Origin: Fimicolochytrium jonesii
Taxonomy: Eukaryota
Reading direction: 5' to 3'
Assembly (NCBI RefSeq): GCF_025526975.1
Contig: NW_026515668.1
Location: 1,054,001 to 1,118,000 of the forward strand
Length of the DNA: 64,000 nt
A program made the position numbers and the translations under genes. Below, one piece after another: positions 23,956 through 38,042 of the stretch (the first letter of the stretch is position 1; each line of letters opens with the position of its first letter). The notes under the pieces are model-generated. The model saw only the letters and a program-made list of their open reading frames with translations. It was not told where the DNA came from and made no database searches.

Positions 23956-25034
23956 TCATGAAATGACACCTTTCAGTGACTCGGCTTGTGCTTTTATCGT
24001 CTCGTACTGCTTCTCATCGAAGCCTCGCCTACGGCTGATCCGTTTCCGCAATATCCCACGGACCCACGTTCCAATGTTGGTGTACTCGGGGTCCCGCTTC
24101 ATGAGGACGTATATTGTTGCGGAGAAGATGCCGCCCGACAAGCTGGCGAGGTATGACACGGGTTCTGTGAAGGTGAGTGCTTAGTTAGATTCGACAATAC
24201 ATGCGCCCAAGTTCAAGGCTGGCTTACCCATCAGATCCCACCCCAGCTATAAGACGATAAGGTAAGAGAACACAGACTTAGCCAATCGTCGAAGATCACA
24301 CCGAAAATCCATCAGACGAAACATACCTGCTGCGTGAGAAAGATGATAGCCCCCAACTGTCCACTAATATACGCCAACCCCGTCCACTTGATTGCCAAAA
24401 TCACCCTCTCCACGCTCCGTGCTATCCCAGCATGCGTGCTCTCCATCTGCGTCACAGCGCCCTCCAACGCCCTATGTCGCGCCTCTATATCTCTCAGACT
24501 CGCCAGAATCTGCCCCTCATCGAGGTTTAGAGCTAATCCTCGTGGAAATTGGAAACTTCCATGGATTTTGCCTCGGAATAGCTGTCCAAGTGTGTGTCCG
24601 TTGGATAGTGGGCTGCTTGGCCCCCCTGGAGTGTTGGAAGGGTGCTCTACAAACCGAGGAGCGCCGAGGTCGGGGTACTCTTCGCGTAGGATGGTAAGCA
24701 GCTCTGAGAGCGTGTCGTTTATTGACACGTTCAACAGGCAGGTTTCGGGTTTCGTTTGTCGGGGTATAGATGGGAGATGCGGCTGGTGATTGAAAGTGGC
24801 TGGGACTGTTATGCGGAGCCAGAGACGTCGTTCTTCCGGGCTGTGGCGGGCGATGCTTATGGTTCCAGCATGATTTGCTGGTAAACGGAATATAAGGCTT
24901 CATATGTGCAGGAACGAAGACCGTGCCGTGAAGTTACCATTGGAATCCGTTGCAAGATGACACCGCTGCAAGATTGACGATCCCGCAGGACGTGGGAAGC
25001 CACGCCTGTGCAGTGTTTTGAAGATATTTAGCAT
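23956..25034 (-). CDS. MCU: mitochondrial calcium uniporter (MCU family)
   Basis: Basic presequence (MLNIFKTLHRRGFPR), coiled coil and TM1. The spliced selectivity-filter motif reads LTQQ|LGWDLM|EPVSYL, followed by TM2 and a C-terminal RRRGFDEKQY. Confidence 0.8.
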
Positions 25035-25695
25035 TGTCGTGCGTGGGTACGAACTCATCATCTTGTGAGAGTTGCGCCGGAATAGTTCAGAGGCTTGGGC
25101 TAATAGGCATATGGATGCGGCAACCTTAATACGTAGTAGAAGGTTACTGAAGTTCCTTTTCGTCCATTGGCGCCTCAGTTGGCATAACATGACTCATGCA
25201 TGCGCAGATCCGATCGGAGCCTCCCGTACGTCATTGTCTCCCTGGGTCCACACCTGACGTGACTTTGAAACGCCCCAAACGCCGGTATCAGGAAAAGTCT
25301 GGGTCGGTCGGTCTGGGCAATTCCAGACTTTCGGTTCACCAATACCCATAACGGCCTTCTCCGTTATAGGAAAAGGGAGCTTGGAGGGGTGCTTCCCTCG
25401 CCCATTACAGTATATGTAATCGTTTCGTGGGAAAACCTGGCTTTTTCGCTCTCGTTTCTAATCTTCACCAAAGACGGCTTTCATACGGTGCTCGGAGCTC
25501 GAACTGGTTTCCTTTCCAACGACCGTCATTGTCTTTCAACGACAGTCATTGTCTTCATAGTCATACAGTTCCCCTCCTCTGAACTGCCTCGAGTTTCCAG
25601 AACTGTCGATCCAGGAGATAATTGAAGTGGGAAAACACCTTACTTCCGTGGAGCGCCATACCTCATAGGCAACCGCACAGCACACCCTCACCGTC

Positions 25696-28600
25696 ATGCC
25701 GTCGTATATGGAAGAGGGGGAGTTGAATTTGCTGGAGCAAGGGGAAATGGCCAGACGGGTTCGGGAGTTCAACTGGGCAACTACAGGGGTTGGGCCAAGA
25801 GATAAATGGCCTGCGGTTCTAGCAACCGCTGTTAATATGATCTTGGCTATTCGTTTCCCGATCGTCATCTTCTGGGGTCCTAAATGTGAGAAGGCTTCAG
25901 CTACACTTTCGCTGCCTTGGTGCTTTGCTAATCCGATTTGTTTCCGACACCAGATGTTACGATATACAACGATGCTTGTAGGAAGCCTGTCATGCTCTTG
26001 GTCATAATACCTCTTCAATGACTGATCGAAATGCCTTCAACAAATATATAGATATTGATGTACTGGGACCGAAACACCCATGTCTGGGGCGCACTGGAGC
26101 TGATGTCTATGAGGAGTTCTGGGCACAAATCCTTCCGGTACTGTGTTTGAACACCCAAAATCGGTTGGAGGAACAGTCTAAGCTGACCTCCGGATACTAG
26201 GAATTCAAACGTGCCGAGCTGGGAGGGTCGGTGCTTCAATACGATCGCCATCTGCCGATGTTGAGACGCGGTTACCTGGAAGAGGTAAGGGGCAGATACG
26301 ACCTTCAACTGTGAGACTTGGGACTCACTTCAGATGTATCCATCAAGACCTACTTTGTGTATACCTTGTCCCCGCTTTCTGATTCGGATGGGGTGGTGCA
26401 AGGAATCATTGGGCCATCATTTGGTAGGATCTTTATGTCGTTCATTCGCGGGTATCGCCTACTGACGCCCGTGCTATCGAGCAGAGGTCACCAAAAAGGT
26501 CTTTCAGGAACGAAGAGAAGCCTGTTTGCGAGATTTGGGGTCCAAATGTGGAAAAGCGCACACTGTCAGCGATGCCGTAGGCATGGCTTCTGCGTCGCTT
26601 CAAGACGCAAAGGCCGATTTTCCATTTGCGTTGGTGTACTTGATAGAGGGAGAGGAAGATCAAGCACAGGTAGCTATCAAGGAGTCTTGCTGGCCGCGAC
26701 GTTCCATTAAAAGGTTTGACAATCCCTCCTTTGCATAGGCGGTTCTGAGAGGCAGTTCTGGGATACCAATGACGCACCATCTTGCGCCATCGGGGATACC
26801 ACTGGGAAGGAACTTCGCAGGCAGCGGCATTTGGCCTATTCGCGAGGCTATAACCTCAGGGGAAGCGTGCGAGATCTATGATCTGAATGATCCTTCGTTA
26901 CCTGGTGGCATTTGGGAAGAGACGCCTACAGAGGCGATTGTGCACCCATTGTATGGAACGCAGCTCGATATAATAGGCTGCTTGGTCATGGGATGCAACC
27001 CGCGGCGACGGCTCGACCAGGACTACCGGAACTTCTTCACGTTGGTTACTCGTCAAATCGGGGTCAACATTGCCGCTGCTCGGAATTACGAGGAGGAAAA
27101 GAAGAAGCAGGAAGCTTTAGCGGCCATTGACAGGGCAAAGACGGCCTTCTTTAGGTTCGTTCAAACCAGTCTGGCGCAATCGCGCGGCACAATGTCCTAC
27201 TGACTCCCGATTTCAGCAATGTCAGTCACGAGTTCAGAACTCCTTTGACTTTGATCTTAGGTCCGCTCGAAAAAGTCTTGCGGGAAAACGAGGACCTTCC
27301 AGTCGGAGTCCGTGAGGAACTCGGGATAGCACAGCGCAATTCGCAACGACTGTTGAAGCTGGTCACTTCGCTGTTGGACTTCTCCCGAATCGAGGCCGGT
27401 CGCATGCAGGCATCGTTTAGACCGGTGGATTTGGCAGCGTTTGTCAGCGATCTCGCAGGAGTGTTCCGGTCGGCTATTGGTCGGGCGCAATTGGAATTTC
27501 GCATGGAAGTCCCACCATCAGGACGCATTGCATACATTGACACGGATCTATTCGAAAAAGTGATTTACAACATGCTTTCGAACGCAATCAAGTGCACGCT
27601 CAGAGGCAGTATCACGGTGGGTTACAGAGAAACGGACGCGGGCCCGGAAATCACCGTCTCGGACACGGGATGTGGAATCAAATCTGAAGATTTGCCTAAG
27701 GTTTTATATCTCTTTGTTGTTGCGTGCTGAAACGTGTTCATCATACTGAACCTCATCATAGATTTTTGACCGATTCTTCCGAGCTGAAGCGACTGAAAGA
27801 CGGTCCACCGAAGGCAGTGGTATCGGACTGGCCTTGACGCAGGAATTGGTACACTTGCACGGAGGTCAAATCCGTGCGGAATCCAAAGTTGGAAGCGGGA
27901 CTTCCTTCGTGGTAACACTCCCTTGGGGCAAGTCACATCTCGCCAAGGAAAGCGTTACCGAGGTCGTGAACAGCCAGAGCGATCTTGTTACGGGCGTAAG
28001 GGATCAATTTCTGGAAGAGGCGATGGGATGGCTTGGAGACGCTTCCTCCGAAGAGAAACCGGCTACACCTGAAACGGAGGCTGAGAAGTCTGAGACTACC
28101 CACGCATACCCGGTGAGCACAGGCTCTGGGCAATCGACACCATTGTTCAGGCCTCCCAGCCTGCCACGGAAATGGACAGCAACAGGCGCGCACCACATTG
28201 CAAGCGCTTCGAAGACGTACATTCTCGTGGCCGATGACAATCGCGACATGGCCTTTTATGTGAAGAAGCTCCTGAGCCCAATCGCTCGCGTCCACGTGGT
28301 TCACGACGGGGAGCAGGCATTAGCGCGGTGTCGCCAGTATCCTCCGAGTCTCCTGCTTTCAGATGTAATGATGCCTAAAATCGACGGTCTTGAGTTGGCA
28401 AGAGCGGTTCGCGCGGACAAGTCGCTGAACTTCATCCCCGTCATTCTGCTTTCGGCTCGTGCGGGCGAGGAGGCTAAAGTAGAAGGGATGGGGACCGGAG
28501 CCGATGATTACATGTAAGTCTACTGCGCAGAGGCTGTCGAACCGAGGAACTTTTGCTGAAGATTACTCTTTTCAGGTGCAAACCCTTCTCCGCCAAAGAG

Positions 28601-31180
28601 CTGATTGCCCGAGTACGCGCTCATCTTGAGTTGGGGAGACTGAGAAAGGAGCTGTTTGAGTTTGCCAACATCTGCCCAGTGGGAATCATGCGAACAGACG
28701 CTGCAGGAGGGAATATTTTCCGCAGTACAAAGATGCAGGAACTCAGTGGAACGGCCGCGCATGATCTGTTCCTGCAGAACGTGGTACGTATCACATCCCA
28801 AGCATTCCCGCCGTCTGAGAGCCGCGTACACCATAATGATACCGATTCGCACATGTAGCATCCGGATGATATCCAATACGTAATGGAAAGCTGGGATGAA
28901 TGCCGACGGCAAAAGGACCCAGGTCACATCGAATTCCGCTACCAGCATCCTGATGGTCGGGTTGTGTGTGTCCTGTCGCAATGGACGGCGGAAGTAGACG
29001 AGTCAGGCAGAGTCATAGGTAAGCCTTCACGGTGCATCTTGGTGTCGACGGGTAAAACCGGGGCAATGGATGGTCCATCTCAAACCCCTCTCTATATAAA
29101 CAGGATTCGTTGGGGCTATTACGGACATCACTGAGCGTACTCAGATGCAGCAGAAGCAGCTGAAAGAGGTCAGGGTCAAAACTCAACCGGGAGTCGACGT
29201 TTCTCTCAACTCACCTCATGGATTATCGCGTTACACGCAGGTTGAAGATGACCGAGTAGCTTTGGATCGGCTCATTGACATGATCTGCCATGAAGTGAGT
29301 TTTCTTTGGCCGCCGTCTATCTGAGTGCGGACATTAATGACAAGTTCTCCGGCAGATCCGGAATCCATTGAATGCTATCTACAACAATACAGATCTGTTG
29401 AGAACAGGGGTGCAACGACGCCGTGATATTCTCGCAAGAATCCTCTCTGGCGCCACATACAGTATAGACTCAGCCACCGATCAAGTAAGCATCAGCCAGA
29501 GAATTTTTTTTAGCTTCCGAATATCATCACTCACTCGTTGATCTAGTTTGCTTTTGACGAAGAGTGCCTCGACGCCATTGAAAGCGCTGCGCGACATCAG
29601 CGAGTCATTGCCGATGACGTGCTGCATCTATCCAAACTCAGGAACGGGCCAATGGCTATGAACAACAAGCTTTTCGACCCACTAGAGATATTGGGCAGCG
29701 TCGTTCAGATGTTCAGGGCGGAATGCGTCAACAAGGGCGTGAAGCTTGACACTGAGGTTGAATGGGAAGTTGGCCAGGTGTGGGGAGATCCCGCTCGAAT
29801 CAAGCAGATCCTCATCAAGTAAGTCCATAAATCCATATGACGTCCATATGAGGAAGACACTGGACTGCTACAGTTCTCAACGCCAGAAAGTAACACCTGT
29901 CGCGCAGCTTATTGTCGAACGCGGTGAAGTTCACGCAACACTCGGAGAAGAAGAGCATCATTCTCAGAGTCTATCAACTACAGAGTGAAGAAGGGTCCTC
30001 GCTGCGACTCGCTTTCAAGGTCATTGATACAGGTACGTCGTGCGTGGCTCGAAATACTACGTATATCAAGCCTAAACTGACTTGGACACTTAACCACTGT
30101 GTGCGTTAATAGGCATTGGGATGTCCGCCGCCGCGCAAGGGGTGAGTTGTGAAGCGATTGTCCACTGAAAATGCCAAGTTTATTTGATAAAAATACTCAA
30201 TGGTTTTGCTTTACAGAAACTTTTCAAACGCTTTTCCCAAGTTGGCCTTCGGACGCATCAAGATTATGGAGGCAGCGGTTTGGGCCTTCATATTTCTAGG
30301 TGAGGATTGCAAGCCAGATACGGATTTTGTGAAGAGCTGTCATTACAAGTGCTGATCCTTCCGTCTTTGGCAGGCAAATGATCCAAGTGATGGGTGGAGA
30401 AATCGGGGTAGAATCCGAGCTGGGCAAAGGAACAACATTCTGGTTCTACGTCTGTGTGGAGTTAGACCAGAAAGAAGACCTCGGAAGCGATCACGGTGAC
30501 AGCGTAGGGTCGTCCATAACTGCGAAGCAACCCCCGAACGGGATGGATCTGAGCAAAACCAAAACGGACGCGCCCGTGGAAGCTGTCAACGGTCTCTCGC
30601 CGACTAAGGAAAGCGACCGTGGCACGCCGATTTGCGTGCTTGTAGTGGAAGACAACCTGATCAACCAGCGAGTCATCAAACGCCAACTCGAGCTTGCGGG
30701 ATACAAGACTTATTTGGCGAACGACGGCTCGGAAGCCGTGATGTTAGTGAACTTACATCGGGAAGAAATTGATGTCATCCTGATGGATGTCGAAATGCCA
30801 AGTAAGTGATGGTTTTGGTGGGATGCAACGCGAGCAGATCGTGTGAACACCTGCTGACATATCTCTCTTCAGTTATGGACGGCATAGAAGCCACCCGCCG
30901 CATCCGACAAAGCGAGTCGCATCCCAACAGCTCGCCAAATGTCGGTGACACAGTGGGGACACAAAAGTCTGATGGCGAAGAATTCGCGAAAAACGAGCTA
31001 TGCCCGTCATCGCTTCCGATTCTAGGTCTGAGTGGCAATGCGCGCACGGAGCATCGCGACGTAGCGGTTCGTGCCGGCATGAACGATTACGTTGTGAAAC
31101 CGTACGAGAAAGCGTCACTCTTCAAGCTGATAACATCGTATGCGACCAAGCGAAGAGAGAATAGAGAGTTGTGGACATGA
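25696..31180 (+). CDS. dual-transmitter hybrid histidine kinase (PAS/GAF-HisKA-HATPase-REC-PAS-HisKA-HATPase-REC)
   Basis: H-box 1 SNVSHEFRTPL, N-box NMLSNAIK, G-boxes DTGCGI and GSGIGL; REC1 LSDVMMPKIDG. H-box 2 MICHE|IRNPLN, then LSNAVKFT and GGSGLGL; REC2 EDNLINQ...LMDVEMP. Many short introns. Confidence 0.9.
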
Positions 31181-31557
31181 TGATATCGCAACATCAGAGA
31201 CAATGGGTAGCAAGAGGCTTGTATATAGCATTGTGGACGCCAGTGGTACAGTGGACTAGAATCACTAGATGTAGGCCATGAACTTTCTTACACTTGGGGC
31301 GCAGTTCAGGGATATTCGGCTAAAATCAATAATAGCAGATTTTGCCGACAGCATAGCATGTTGCATGAAACTTGACGGACCTCATCGGCGTAGATGTAAT
31401 GTAGAAATGGAAAGTTGTGATAGCATTGGGAATAATTGGACATAGAGTGCTTGAAAATAGCCATAGCTTCTCGGAGTATTGCGCAGACTGATATTCAAAC
31501 GCAACAACAATGATCGTAAATTATGCAACGCTCGTGTATTGGCAAAAGTACAAATGT

Positions 31558-32638
31558 TTAAGCAATCAGCTCAACCTTGCCACCAGCGGCAACGATCTTC
31601 TCCTCAGCCTTCCTGGAGACGTAACGAGCCTTCAGGATGAAGGGAACGTTGGGGAGACGTCCCTTACCGAGAACCTTAGCGTAACCCTGATCGAAAGAGA
31701 ACATCTCGAATTAGGACCCAGACATACTTCGATCACTGTGCCCAGCTTGTTGTAACTTACGTGACGAAGGACGTCGATGACGGGGACGGGTCCAGTGGGG
31801 TTGGCAGCGGCCTTCTCGCGGGCCTCCTGGGAGACGAAGGACCACACCTTGTCGAGGTTGCAGACGGGCGCCCAGTGTTGTTGGCGGGTCAAGTGGAATT
31901 GGCGCATACCGACCTTTCCGAAGTAACCAGGGTGGTACATGTCCATGTTGATGCGGTGGTGATGTTGACCACCTGCAGATCGATGTGTGAGGCGCAAACT
32001 CCAAATGCTGCGACAAACAAATGGGGCATTTATAGTTGACACAAGTTCTTACCAGCAAGACCACGACCACCTGATATACAGTAGAGTGAGAAGATGATCT
32101 CACGCAAATGAAAGAAGGAAATAAATAGCCTTACCGGGATGCTTCCTGTGTTTTCCTATTAGCGGGCAGCAGAAAACACTTTTAGATATGTTGCGAAACT
32201 ATGGCCTCCATCTTCGTGGATCATTTTACGACTGCCCCTCGCAAAATGATCCTGGAGAGCCGATAGCACAGAAAATTGCATAGCTGACTGAAATTACTGA
32301 CCAACACGACCGTGACCGGCGGACACGTCTGGAAAAGAGAAAGGGTGAGGATCGAGCCATGCGAGCCTAGGCCTGGGGAATGCGACTGGACAGTTGACAC
32401 TTACGACCACGCTTCTTCCTGTTCTTGCTGAGTCTGGACGGCTATCATAGCGGAGGCAAAAAAGAAATAAGCCATTCATTCGCCATTCATTCGTTTGGGC
32501 ATTGGTCCTCCCATTCCGACGATCCATCCAATCATCCATCCATCTATCCATCCATCCATCTCTGCCAGACTACCACTCGCCCTGTAGGTCGGCCCCTCTA
32601 CATTCGTGCTGCTGTCCTCGTCTGTGTGTCCTTACCAT
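31558..32638 (-). CDS. RPL27A: 60S ribosomal protein uL15 (L27a / yeast L28)
   Basis: Spliced: [59 protein letters not shown]...|[12 protein letters not shown]...GGKVELIA*. Confidence 0.95.
32199..32266 (-). other. long intronic RNA hairpin in RPL27A (candidate snoRNA or regulatory element)
   Basis: Sense strand GGAUCAUUUUGCGA pairs with UCGUAAAAUGAUCC (14 bp including one G-U). An outer stem CUAU(C)GGC(U)CUCCA/UGGAGGCCAUAG extends it. Confidence 0.55.
32520..32560. repeat. imperfect (CCAT)n microsatellite in RPL27A intron 1
   Basis: gatccatccaatcatccatccatctatccatccatccatc. Confidence 0.7.
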
Positions 32639-33196
32639 CTTGACGTTTATCCGAAACGATCTAGTTGTCGTTTATTTGGATGTCTGTGAAGATCGAATCA
32701 CCACAAGCTTTCGCTCGGAACAAGGGCTGTCGCGCAAGTGCAGTTATCCATGTCACGTGCTTGGATAAAAGCAAACAAATTCAGTCTGTTGATTCAAGCA
32801 ACGCTACGTATGTACGGCGCGTTTCCATAACTGTCGGGCATTGGTCCTGTTTGACGGCAAGTCCATTCGACATTTAACTCCGATGCCGTGGTCTTGATTT
32901 GAGTCGGCATCACAAAGTCTGCCTAGTCTACCTCTGATCCCCACTATGCTCAAAGGCCTTGGACGTGGGACGACGTCTTCACTCCCGTGGCTGTAACATT
33001 TACACTTCCCGTCGTCGCTGTCGGAAACCATCCACATCGGATGGCCCCCACAGTTTGCCCTTGTATATTTCCAGCGCCCACATTTTTCGTTCAAAGCCGT
33101 TGGAAGAGGAACGGTTTTTGATAACAGTTTATTTCAATTATTTATCCAAGGGATGAACCGCAGGCTTCAAAAACAGATATGGACGAAGCCTATATA

Positions 33197-35223
33197 TCAG
33201 AAGCCGCCGTTGCCGCCTTCGCCTTGGCCTTGGCCGTCGTCACCGTCGCGCTTGGTAACGCGAAATCCAACTCCACCCTTGCCTTGGCTTGCGGGGTTGC
33301 CTCGGGCAGCAAGATCCTGGCCGTCGTCACTGTCGCGCTTACCACCAGCCCTACCATCATTGGAGATGCGAATTTTCGAGGAGCCTGCGTTTCGGGCAGC
33401 AAGATCCTGGCCGTCGTCACTGTCGCGCTTACCACCAGCCCTACCATCATTGGAGATGCGAATTTTCGAGGAGCCTGCGTTTCGGGCAGCGAGTTCCTCG
33501 TCGTCACCGTCTCGGTAGGCAATGCGAAATTTCTCTGGGCCTTTAATTGCGCGTCTGACCTTCTCGGCGACCGCATCGTAGATGTCCTCGCTTTCCTCGA
33601 CCGCGCCCTCGACGGCGCGCCTGACCTGCGTGCCCGCCGCAGCTATAGCGTCTCCCGGGAGATTAATAACGTTCTCATAGTACGTGTCGTCGCCGTCGCT
33701 GCCATCACGGCGGGTTGGGTAACGGAAAGGGGAATATTTGTTGGAGGAGTACTTTTTGTCGATCTCGGCATGGTCAGCGGAATCAGCTGGCTCGCGGCGA
33801 AGGGGGAATGGGAATCGGCGCCTCTCGAGCTCGGAATCGTCGCCATCGCCACGGCGCTTGAACCATGTGTACCGGGCAGGTGAATAGCGGCTAGGGTTTA
33901 GACCACGTTTTATGACTCCGGTCGTTTTGTCCCAAACTTCTTCGGCTTGCGAGTGAACAGCGTCCGCCCAACCGCTTCCGGCGCCACTAACGTCACGGCG
34001 GAAAGCAATCCTGTCCGGATGCACACTCGAGGCGGTCTTCCACTCATTGGGAGCGAAGGTGCGTCGAACTTTGTCCGCTCCAGCGGCGGCAGCATTCTTG
34101 ACCGTGTCGGCGGCGCTGCCCGAGGCACCCTTGACGGTACCAGCAACGAAAGCGTAAGCACCCTGAGCGGTGCCGGCGGCATCAGCAGCAGCACCCTCAG
34201 CTGTTCCGGCGGCGTTGTTGACAGTACCAGCTACGTAGCCATAAGCATCTTTTGCGGTGCCAGCAGCCCTGGCAGCGATGTCCTGAGCAGCACCAGCCAC
34301 GCCGCCGGAGGCCTCTTTGACGGTACCAGCAACGGAGGCGTAAGCATCTTGAGCAGTGCCGGCGGCATTCGTAGACGCGTCTTTGAAAAAGCCACCGACG
34401 TAGCTGGACGCGTCGTGGGCGGTGCCAGCGGCATTGGCGGACGCATCGTTAACCGTGTCAGCAGCCCTTGCATAGACGTCCTTGGCGTTGCCGACGGCGT
34501 TGGCAGAAGCATCCTTGACGGTACCAGAGGCGCTTGCATAGGCGTCCTGGGCGGTGCCAGCCGCTTTGGCAGAAGCATCCTTGACGGTACCAGAGGCGCT
34601 TGCATAGGCGTCCTGGGCGGTGCCAGCCGCTTTGGCAGAAGCATCCTTGACGGTACCAGAGGCGCTTGCATAGGCGTCCTGGGCGGTGCCAGCCGCTTTG
34701 GCGGAAGCATCCTTAACGGCGCTAGCGGCGTTGGTGGAGGTATCTTTGACAGCGCCGGCGGCGTTGGCGGACGCATCCTGAGCAGTCCCAGCAACATAAG
34801 CGTAAGCATTCTTGACCGTGCCAGCAGCATTTGCGGATGCATCTTTAATAGCGCCAGCTGCGTGGGCGGAAGTATCATAGATAGCATCCTTGGCCTCGTA
34901 GCCAGCTTTAACTACCGCCTTGGCACCGTGCTTGGCAGCCAGGGCTGCGGCTGCAGCCGCTTTGGCAGCTTCGCCGCTCGAAGAAGTGTCGGCAGCAACA
35001 CCGGGTATGAATTCGATCTTGTCGGCAACGCGTGCGATCGCATCTCTGTTCAGAGAGAGCTATGAGAATGGTGCTAAACAAGGTGGTTCTGCACAACTTC
35101 TGGCATGCAGAATCGGTCACGCCGCCAAAGGTCCTCAACTCACCTCGCCTTGTTCAAAGAGAAAGCGCTGGAAGCCGAAGCTCCAGCTACAAGCAGTAGC
35201 AAGGTGATTTTAGCGCCAACCAT
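33197..35223 (-). CDS. secreted Ala-rich 11-mer-repeat (LEA3-like) protein with a dibasic-site repeat C-terminus
   Basis: Exon 1 encodes the signal peptide MVGAKITLLLLVAGASASSAFS. After an intron at about 35049-35143 comes a long exon of 11-mer repeats (AGTAQDAYASA/SGTVKDASAKA), continuous with ORF 33197..34300. Confidence 0.75.
33302..33490. repeat. exact 90-bp tandem duplication (2 copies plus partial)
   Basis: Unit tcgggcagcaagatcctggccg...gaggagcctgcgtt at 33302 and 33392; encodes NAGSSKIRISNDGRAGGKRDSDDGQDLAAR on the minus strand. Confidence 0.95.
34501..34698. repeat. exact 66-bp tandem repeat x3
   Basis: Unit tggcagaagcatccttgacggtaccagaggcgcttgcataggcgtcctgggcggtgccagccgctt (22 aa, two 11-mers). 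Confidence 0.95.
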
Positions 35224-35788
35224 TGTTGGTCGATGGTATATTCGGCGTTTAGTGTAGTCTGAAGGTATATTCTGGAGTATATGTCCGTAGATTTCCGGTT
35301 TCAGCGGTCTCTGGAGTAGCGAGGGGGGTATGGGCTCGGACCCGGTTTAATAGACGTTACGAGGCGCAATCATCGCGCGTGCGCCTCCTTTGCTCTTTTA
35401 GCGAGCGGGAAACCTGACCCCTGCGAACAATTCGCCGAAATTGCACTTAGTTCCCAAAAGGCTGAGCTCCCCATCGGGAGTACGCTTATACTAGCCTTTT
35501 AGGGAAAGCAAGTTTGTCGTTAAATCGGAGTGTGGAACTAACGATGACGTAAACGCGTCGCACTAGATGATACTGTCGAGAGGGGAGGTCAATCATAGCT
35601 CTTCAGACGTAGTTAGCGTGCGATCGCAGATCAAACATTGTTGACTGAACTCTCTGAATGAAGGACTATGATGCTTCCTGTATTACTGGGACTAGCTACA
35701 TCCAGGCTTCTGTTCAGTGAAGCATACCCAGGACGGCTTTGCCTGTCTCTACGATAAGATGCCTTCTAGACACTATATACTCTAGCGC

Positions 35789-37803
<2,015 letters not shown>

Positions 37804-38042
37804 CTAAGTTAGACGACTTCGTTGAGTCCACGCTCGTCCTTTTATGCTTTAGACTTAGGTAAACTGCCGTCCCGATTTCCAGTGCGTCAGGAAAGACGCC
37901 AAAGGCATTCGTAGTGTGCTTCTCGGAGCCTGCCCGTGACGTGATCGCCCCACGCGAACACTCCGACGAGCCGCCCTAATTTTGACGGGTTTCCCACTGC
38001 GCATGCATCCCTGCGGTTTCCGTATTTCTCGAAAGGGTGGCA

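Noticed and set aside
33302..34698. Tandem repeats as a possible CRISPR array
   Set aside because: No unique spacers; the units are multiples of 3 inside a CDS; eukaryotic context with no cas genes.
33179..35065. Long plus-strand ORFs (234 aa and 372 aa) with repeats
   Set aside because: Antisense to the LEA-like gene, which has a signal peptide, a proper intron and coherent composition.
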